Sequence record: SRR20825019_642
Reading direction: 5' to 3' (one strand)
Length of the DNA stretch: 36,213 nucleotides
The first letter of the stretch is position 1. Each line of letters opens with the position of its first letter. This document shows positions 28,929 to 36,213 of the stretch, piece after piece. The notes under the pieces are model-generated. The model was given only the letters and a program-made list of their open reading frames with translations. It was not told where the DNA came from and ran no database searches. A program made the position numbers and the translations under genes.

Positions 28929-30590
28929 TTATTTGTCCCTACTTTTCAGGTATTCTTGAAATAATCTTTCCCTTTCTTCAGGCTCTATTTTCCAATACTC
29001 TATCAAAGGATTGTCCTTTACCTTTTCGTGATATTCCTCGATGAATTTTTGGTTCAATGAATCGTTGTCCTTGTACTTGGCCCTGAGTTGCTCAAGATCT
29101 TGGTGTAATTTTTCCTGAACGTCTGCATATTGTGGGTCATCATAAATGTTGTTCATTTCGTTCGGGTCGTTCTTTAGGTCGTACAACTCCCATTTGTCAA
29201 GGTCATAGTAAAAATGAATCAGTTTATAACGGTCTGTGGTTATGCCGTAGTGCCTTCTAACATCATGTTCTGATGGATGCTCATAATAATGGTAATAGTG
29301 CTCGTTCCTCCAATCCTCTGGGGTCTCTCCTTCAAGGATGGGAACCAAACTTTTTCCTTGCATATCCCCAGGAATATCGGTTTGCGCAATGTCCAGAAAG
29401 GTCTCGGCAAAGTCTATGTTGGACACCAGGTCCGTATTTACGCTGCCCGGTTTTATTTTGCCGGGCCACTTTACCAAAAGAGGGGTTCGTAGGGACTCCT
29501 TGTACATCCATCGCTTATCGAACCAACCGTGTTCGCCCAAATAGAAACCTTGGTCGGAGGTATAGATAACAATGGTGTTTTCATCGAGACCGGCCTTTTT
29601 CAAATAATCCAGCACATGCCCTACACCTTTGTCGACCCCGGCCACACTGGCCAAGTAATCCCTCATATAGCGTTGGTACTTGAAACGGGTCAATGCATCG
29701 CCGGTAGGTTTTTCCCTATTGTACTTTTCATTGATGGGACCGTAAATGGAATCCCACAGTTGTTGCTGCTCCTCGGTAAACCCGTTATGGAGCTGGTCTG
29801 TGATTTTTAGGTCCGGTCCCATTTTCATGGATTCGGAGATTGACATGTAGTTCATGCCGGCAACCTCACGGCCCCCGGAATAATCATCGAACAATGTTTC
29901 GGGCTCGGGAATTTCAACATTCTCGTACATTCCCAGTTCATTGGGACCGGGCTGCCATGGTCTATGGGGCGACTTATGTCCCAAAAATAACATGAAGGGC
30001 TGTTCTTCCGATTTTACGGAGTCCATCCATTTAATGGCCTTTTCAGTGATGATTTCCGTGGTGTAGCCCTCCAGTTCGTATTGCCCCTGTTCATTTATAA
30101 AGGTAGGATTGTAATAGGATCCCTGACCGGGCAAAATATCTATATAGTCAAACCCTTTGGAAGGGGTATCTCCCAAATGCAATTTCCCCAGAACCCCGGT
30201 TTTATATCCCGCCTGTTGCAACAGCTCACCAAAGGTCTGCTGGTCAAAATTGAACTTGGACCCGATGGTATTGTCGATAAAACCGTTTAAATGACTGTAC
30301 TTTCCTGTAAGGATAGCTGCCCTGGAAGGCCCGCAGATGGAGTTGGTGACCAAACAGCGCTCAAAGAGCATTCCTTCTTCTGCAATCCTATCAATGTTCG
30401 GGGTAGGGGCCACTTCAGCCAGCCTGCCACCATACGCGCTAATGGCCTGGTAGGCATGGTCGTCGCTTATGATGAAAACAATATTTGGTCGTTTCTGCTC
30501 GTCTTTTTCTTGCTCCGCAGTTTTCTCGTTGTTCTCCTTGCAAGAAATAAACATGAAAAGTCCAACTAAGGTGTAAAATAAGTATTTCAT
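28929..30590 (-). CDS. Formylglycine-dependent sulfatase (S1), Cys-type, lipoprotein; resembles N-acetylglucosamine-6-sulfatases (S1_11-like)
   Basis: 553 aa; lipobox FIS-C; RPNIVFIISDDH, NSICGPSRAAILTGKYSH, YTSDQGFYLGEHGWFDKR, RYKLIHFY...WELYDLKNDPNE. The subfamily call is less certain than the family call. Confidence 0.9.
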   Translation of the reverse strand: MKYLFYTLVGLFMFISCKENNEKTAEQEKDEQKRPNIVFIISDDHAYQAISAYGGRLAEVAPTPNIDRIAEEGMLFERCLVTNSICGPSRAAILTGKYSHLNGFIDNTIGSKFNFDQQTFGELLQQAGYKTGVLGKLHLGDTPSKGFDYIDILPGQGSYYNPTFINEQGQYELEGYTTEIITEKAIKWMDSVKSEEQPFMLFLGHKSPHRPWQPGPNELGMYENVEIPEPETLFDDYSGGREVAGMNYMSISESMKMGPDLKITDQLHNGFTEEQQQLWDSIYGPINEKYNREKPTGDALTRFKYQRYMRDYLASVAGVDKGVGHVLDYLKKAGLDENTIVIYTSDQGFYLGEHGWFDKRWMYKESLRTPLLVKWPGKIKPGSVNTDLVSNIDFAETFLDIAQTDIPGDMQGKSLVPILEGETPEDWRNEHYYHYYEHPSEHDVRRHYGITTDRYKLIHFYYDLDKWELYDLKNDPNEMNNIYDDPQYADVQEKLHQDLEQLRAKYKDNDSLNQKFIEEYHEKVKDNPLIEYWKIEPEERERLFQEYLKSRDK

Positions 30591-30874
30591 GATAATAAAG
30601 TTGTTCAGTTTTTTAAGGCGGTATAATATACCAACTTATTTGGAATATTAACTCTGACCCAATCAACTTCTAACTCATATTTTGTTATGTATTGTTCATT
30701 AGCGGCCATCACCTCGATAAAATTTTCTTTATGGTACAAACGGCTTGTTAGTATAAACTTGACGTTGAGAGGTGTGGTAGCGTAGTTGGAACGGTTTTAT
30801 TTTTTAAATCCATTGAAATTCACGAGATTATATAGGTAGAGTTTTTATAAAACTACATCCATCAAATCAAGGTA

Positions 30875-32329
30875 ATGGTAAAAAACAACATGGTACGGGT
30901 GAATCCCAAAATTGGCCGTTGGCGAAACCTTTGGATTTTTGTCTGTATTCTTTTCGTAGGGACACTTTATTTTAATTGTTCTCCCAAATATTCGAATCTA
31001 TCACCTCCAATAGAATAATTTCAGGAATTTAGTACAAGTGGCGATACATTGGTATCCGGCAAATGGTGGGAGGTTTTTAACGATGAGAAGTTGAATACCT
31101 TGATAGATACCGCGATGCAGTCCAACTTAAATTTAGCAGCTAGGTGGCAGCAGTTTATAGCTTCCAGAGCTTCGGTGAGGTCGCAAACTTCTAACAGATG
31201 GCCCACACTCGAAGCATCCGCCCAAACAGCAAGAACACTTCCCGAACCTGATTTTGTAGGTGGTGAGAATACACAATTGGGATTTTTTTCCAGCTACGAA
31301 GTGGATTTATGGGGACGTATTGGAACAGCAATAAATGCAGAAAGGTTTCGGTCAGAAGCCAGTTATTTTGACTACGAAGCACTTTCCCTCTCCCTTTCCG
31401 CAGAAATAGCCACCACCTGGTATCAATTACAGGCAGCAAAAAAGCAATTAAAGATTACGGAGGATCAAATCAAGACCAACGAAGCCATCATCAAGTTGAT
31501 TCGTTCCCGCTTCGTGGGAGGCCAGATCAGGGCAGTGGATATTTTACGGCAAGCACAACTATTGGAAAGCACCAAGGAGCAGAAGATTATTTTCGAGACC
31601 AATGTTGAGTTGTTGAAGAACCAATTGTCTGTTCTTTTGGGTAAGCAACCACAAATTCAGCTTTCACTGGAAGGGTCTTCGCTCCCAAACATACCTCAAC
31701 TGCCAGATGCCGGTCTACCATTGGATCTGGTAAGGCGAAGACCCGATGTAAAACAATCCTTTGCACTCTTATTGGCAGCTGATAGGGATATGGCCTCTGC
31801 GGTACAAAGTAAATATCCCAGACTCTCGTTGAGTGGTCGAGGACAGTTGCGTTCCAACAATTTTGATAACCTTTTTGATAATTGGGCCTATTCCTTGGCA
31901 GGAAACCTTTTGGCCCCGATTTTTTATGGCGGAAGGCTCAGTGCCGAAGCAGACAGGGCAACTGCCATCAAAAAGCAACGCCTCTATGAATACGGTCAGG
32001 CCACATTGATTGCATTTAGGGAGGTTGAAGATGCCATGGTGCAAGATATAAAACAAACGGAGCGATTGGAGAATATTGGTAGGCAATTGGAATTGGCCGA
32101 AAAGAGCAACAAACAGTTACGTGTAGAGTTTCTGAATGGATTCATTCCATATTTGGACGTGCTGTTGGGCTTAGATCAGGAACAACAGCTCCGAAGGGAT
32201 TTTGTATCAGCGCAATTACAGCATATACAGATCCGGATAGCTTTATACAGAGCATTGGCAGGAGGATTTGATACCGGTAGAACTATAGAAAATCAAAAAA
32301 GTAAAGTAGACGAATTATATGAGCAATAA
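30875..32329 (+). pseudogene. RND efflux outer-membrane factor (TolC/OprM-like lipoprotein) with premature in-frame TAA
   Basis: The frame from ATG 30875 (or 30890) reads ...LWIFVCILFVGTLYFN-CSPKYSNLSPPIE*FQEF...KWWEVFND, with TAA at 31016-31018. The downstream ORF 31049-32329 has OMF motifs (SYEVDLWGR, PLDLVRRRPDV, AFREVEDA, LYRALAGG). Confidence 0.75.
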
Positions 32330-33548
32330 AAAAGTAATCTGGATTTGTTTAGCCATATTGATTGGGGGAATCTTAGTGACTACTCTCATTTTTTTTACCG
32401 AGCCCGAAGCACAAAGTGAGGGAGCCACCATTGAAACCGCAATTTTGGTTGATGTGGTAACAACGGAAAAGGGAACATATGCACCCACCATAGTGGCCAC
32501 TGGAACAGTGCAGCCAGTAGAAGACGTTATTCTCAGCCCTTTGGTACCGGGACAGATTGTTCGCAGGGACCCGGCCTTTACCCCAGGAGGTTTTGTACAA
32601 AAGGGCGAGGTCTTGTTGCAAATAGACCCTTCGGATTATCGCAATACATTGGAATTGCGAAAAAGCGAGTTGCTGCAATCAGAGACCGCTTTGGCCACAG
32701 AAATGGGCCGTCAGCAGATTGCCGAACAAGACCTTGAACTCATCAATAACGATTCGTTGTTCGGGGATAACCCATTGTCCGATAACGAGACCCAATTGGT
32801 ACTTCGCCAACCACAATTGAATGCCGTTAAAGCCAACATTGAAGCGGCAAGGGCCTCTATGAACCAAGCTCAGTTAAACTTGGATAGGACTACCATCCGT
32901 GCACCTTTCGATGCACATATCCTGAGTCAAAATGTAACGGTGGGATCTCAAGTTTCTCAGGGCGATGACCTTGGCAGAATCGTTGGAACCGATAACTATT
33001 GGGTATTGGCAACGGTCCCCGTTTCAAGATTACAATGGTTGAAATTTCCAGAATCAGAAGAAAAAAAGGGTTCAATGGTGCGTATTGAAAACCCAACAGC
33101 TTGGCCGTCAGGCATGTATCGAGAAGGATATTTGGACAGACAGATAGGCGCATTGGACAACCAGACACGATTGGCAAGGGTCTTGGTACGTGTAGATGAC
33201 CCTTTGGCCACAAGCGACCAACTGCAAGGAGCTCCAAAATTGATGATCGGGACCTTCGTGGAAGTGAACATCCAGGCCGATTCCATTTCAAATGTGGTTC
33301 GAATGGACCGTGATTTGGTCAGAAATAATCAAACGGCATGGGTAATGAAGGACAATCTGTTGGAAATCCGTGAATTGGATATAATCTTGACCGACAACCA
33401 ATATGCTTACATCAAATCAGGTCTGGAAGATGGAGATAAAGTCGTATCGACAAATCTAAGTACTGTAACCAATGGGGTGGAACTCCGGACGCGTTCAGAA
33501 GAAACTCCTGTTAATAAAGATGACGAAAACCGGGAAGATGAAGGATAA
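32319..33548 (+). CDS. RND efflux periplasmic adaptor (membrane fusion protein)
   Basis: 409 aa; N-terminal TM; lipoyl half-motifs [16 protein letters not shown] and TTIRAPFDA...[15 protein letters not shown]. Confidence 0.9.
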   Translation: MSNKKVIWICLAILIGGILVTTLIFFTEPEAQSEGATIETAILVDVVTTEKGTYAPTIVATGTVQPVEDVILSPLVPGQIVRRDPAFTPGGFVQKGEVLLQIDPSDYRNTLELRKSELLQSETALATEMGRQQIAEQDLELINNDSLFGDNPLSDNETQLVLRQPQLNAVKANIEAARASMNQAQLNLDRTTIRAPFDAHILSQNVTVGSQVSQGDDLGRIVGTDNYWVLATVPVSRLQWLKFPESEEKKGSMVRIENPTAWPSGMYREGYLDRQIGALDNQTRLARVLVRVDDPLATSDQLQGAPKLMIGTFVEVNIQADSISNVVRMDRDLVRNNQTAWVMKDNLLEIRELDIILTDNQYAYIKSGLEDGDKVVSTNLSTVTNGVELRTRSEETPVNKDDENREDEG

Positions 33549-36207
33549 GGATACAAACAAGAATGTGAGGAAAGAAGGAGCCATAGGTTACATGGCCCGA
33601 AACTCAATCGCCACAAATCTATTGATGCTGATACTTTTGGGTGGTGGTGTTTTTACCATGTATACTATCCAAAAAGAAGTTTTTCCAGAGTTTCAATTGG
33701 ATTTTGTAGATGTTTCCGTGGCCTATCCGGGAGCTTCGCCAGCAGAGGTGGAACAAGGCGTCCTTCAACCCGTGGAAGAAGCCGTACGAAGTGTTCAGGG
33801 CATAAAGGAAATCGTTTCACAGGCAGATGAGGGGTCGGGCCAAATCAGTATAGAACTTATTGCAGGTTCCGAACGAATGAAAGCCTTTCAGGACATTGAT
33901 CAGGCCATCAACAGAATTCGAACTTTCCCTGATGATATAGAACGGCCAGAGGTGAGCCTACGTTCCAGACAACGTGATGTGCTCCAAATCGGTCTTTATG
34001 GAAAGGCGGACATTTGGACACTTCGGATACTAGCCGAACGTTTGAGGACCATTTTGTTGAGCAATCCGGCCATTACCCAAGTGGAGCTCAACAACGTGCC
34101 CGATTATGAGACCCGTATCGAAATAAACCGGAACAATCTTCAAAAATATAACTTGACCCTTGGCCAAGTGGCGGACATAATAAGACAGAGCAGTAACGAT
34201 GTTCCCGCAGGAGCAGTACAAACACAGAGTGGTGAGATATTGCTGAGAATGAAGGAACGTAAACAATGGGCGGATGAATACGGAAGCATTACCATCGTAT
34301 CTACACCTGCTGGGGCCAAGGTAAGCTTGAGCGATATTGCTACCATTACCGATGATTTTGAAGAAACCGGATTTCACGGGCAGTTTAATCAACAAAATTA
34401 CGTAGAGCTCCAAATTTTTAGGATAGGTGACCAATCGCCTATGGAAATTGAGGATGTAGCTTTGGGAATACTGGAAGACTTCCAATTGCCACCAGGTGTG
34501 AATTATCGTACCGATAGTAATAGGGCTTCCGATTACCGGGAACGGTTGTCCTTGCTTACGGAGAATGGGGTTCTGGCCATTATCATCGTATTGTTGATTC
34601 TCACCTTGTTCTTGGAATACAGATTGGCCTTTTGGGTGATGATGGGTATGACGGTTTCCTTTATCGGAGGAATGATATTTCTTCCACTCATAGGCATAAG
34701 TGTCAATATGATATCCATGTTCGGGTTTTTGGTGGTACTTGGTATTGTGGTTGATGATGCCATTGTAGTGGGAGAGAACGTTTATGAATACAGGAAAAAA
34801 GGGTTGAGCCCCATAAAAGCGGCTATTGCAGGGACCAAAGATGTGTCGTTGCCTGTGGTTTTTAGTATTACCACCACCATTATCGCTTTTGTACCACTGC
34901 TTTTTATGCCAGGGGAAACAGGTAAGTTTTGGCAACCCCTTCCGGCGGTGGTCATTGTAATATTGGCGGTTTCATTGTTGGAGGCTTTGTTTATTCTACC
35001 ATCACATTTGGCTCACTTAAAAAAAGACCCGAGCAAAAACAAATGGGTACACAAACTGGAAAACTGGCAGGGCGCTTTTGCCAATAAGTTCAACGAGTTG
35101 GTCGACAAATGGTATCGCCCGTTGTTGGATAAATGCCTTCGTCATCGATACATTACACTCTCAAGTGCCATTGCACTTTTATTGATAGTTGGAGGATATG
35201 GTTACAGTGGTCATATGGGAATGATCATGATGCCGGAAGTAGCGGCGGATGAAATAGAGGCAGGTGTCCGCTTGCCAGTAGGAACAACTCCGGACCAAGC
35301 TGCCAAGGTAGCCCACGATATCTCCGATGCTACCCAAAGAATGTTCGAAGAACATAATTTATACGAGGTTGCCGAAGGAATCAAGACCAATGTGCGTGGA
35401 CAAAATTTTATTGATGTGGAAATCGTAATGTTGCCGCCGGACCAGAGGGATATTACCGCCGGGGAGGTAATTGCTCTTTGGCGTGATAATATTGGGGACA
35501 TAGAAGGTGTTGATCAAATTACCTTTGAAGCCGAAAGAGGTCCCGGAGGTGCCCGACAGGCAATCAGTATAGATTTGAGCCATACCGATATCAATGTGCT
35601 AGAAAAGGCCAGTACGGCATTTGTTGAAAGAATGGAGATGTTTTCCAATACACGGGACGTCACAGACAATTACAATAAAGGAAAATTACAGTACGATTTT
35701 AAGCTCCTGCCACAAGGTAGAAATTTGGGGCTAACCTCAAATGAAGTGGGAAGACAGGTAAGGAACGGGTTTTTTGGTGCATTGGCCATGAGACAGCTCC
35801 GAGGCATGGATGAAATTGAAGTAAGGGTAAAACTTCCCATGGAAGAACGTAAGGATATCAAAAACCTCGAAAATTTCCTGATTCGGACACAAGATGGAGT
35901 GGAGGTACCCTTAATGGATGTGGTCGAGGTTCAACAACGAGAGGCATTTACCAGTATCAACCGTAGGGACGGCCGCAGGGTCGTCAATGTTGGCATGGAT
36001 GTGGAACCAGCTAATGCTGTCAACAGGGTAATTGCAAAAGTTCAAGAGGAAACATTGCCCCAACTGAGGGCGGATTTCCCTGGGATTACATGGACTTTTG
36101 AGGGAAGTCAGGCAGATATGCGGGAAAGTACAAGTACTCTTCGGGCCGGTTTTGCCATAGCCATGCTTTTAATTTATGCATTAGACACTATCCCAATAAG
36201 TGTGTAA
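33538..36207 (+). pseudogene. RND efflux permease (AcrB/AcrD/AcrF family), C-terminally truncated
   Basis: From ATG 33538; [46 protein letters not shown]-like sequence stops at ...AMLLIYAL (36183), then DTIPISV*; the last several TM helices are missing. Confidence 0.75.
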
Positions 36208-36213
36208 GTTGAA
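36184..36213. mobile_element. Probable terminal inverted repeat of an IS256-family insertion sequence (element continues beyond the window)
   Basis: GACACTATCCCAATAAGTGTGTAAGT begins exactly where RND homology stops. It fits the IS256-family end pattern GA...TCC..ATAA.TGTGTAA, recalled from memory and not searched. Confidence 0.65.

Noticed and set aside
34030-34935. 301-aa antisense ORF
   Set aside because: Lies wholly opposite the RND permease with no family motifs; a shadow ORF
544-35861. Numerous 60-146-aa ORFs overlapping the main genes
   Set aside because: All are antisense or alternate-frame shadows of well-supported CDSs, with no motifs
1-36213. CRISPR arrays, tRNA/rRNA genes, riboswitches, prophage or defence genes
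   Set aside because: No regularly spaced repeats, cloverleaf or rRNA-like sequence, or matching protein motifs seen by eye; a formal Rfam/CRISPR scan was not possible

Overview
Bacteroidota genomic DNA, most likely a marine Flavobacteriaceae (inferred from protein families, A-rich leaders without Shine-Dalgarno sites, and lipoprotein/Q-rule signal peptides). (1) 69-9076 is a partly decayed carbohydrate-esterase region: a YdjC/ChbG-type deacetylase lipoprotein, a GntR regulator with a sugar-binding domain, an SGNH esterase, an unannotated remnant of an NrtR-type (Nudix-wHTH) regulator, a type-B carboxylesterase and a broken GH78 alpha-L-rhamnosidase. (2) 9491-23812 is an intact polysaccharide utilization locus (PUL) controlled by an ECF sigma/FecR pair: susC (STN transducer), susD, an exported PIG-L deacetylase, a FucP/GluP-type MFS, a ROK kinase, an 884-aa PcRGLX/YetA (PL26-like) lipoprotein and a DASS/SLC13 anion symporter. 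It contains no recognisable glycoside hydrolase. (3) tesA-ybbA-ybbP. (4) A Cys-type S1 sulfatase with a lipoprotein formylglycine-generating enzyme. (5) An RND efflux operon with a nonsense codon in the outer-membrane gene and a permease cut off by what looks like an IS256-family terminal repeat at the window end. The best candidate for an undescribed system is the GH-free PUL (lyase-like protein, deacetylase, kinase, anion transporter), possibly working with the nearby sulfatase on a sulfated, N-acetylated glycan. All calls come from motif recognition by eye; no database searches were run.
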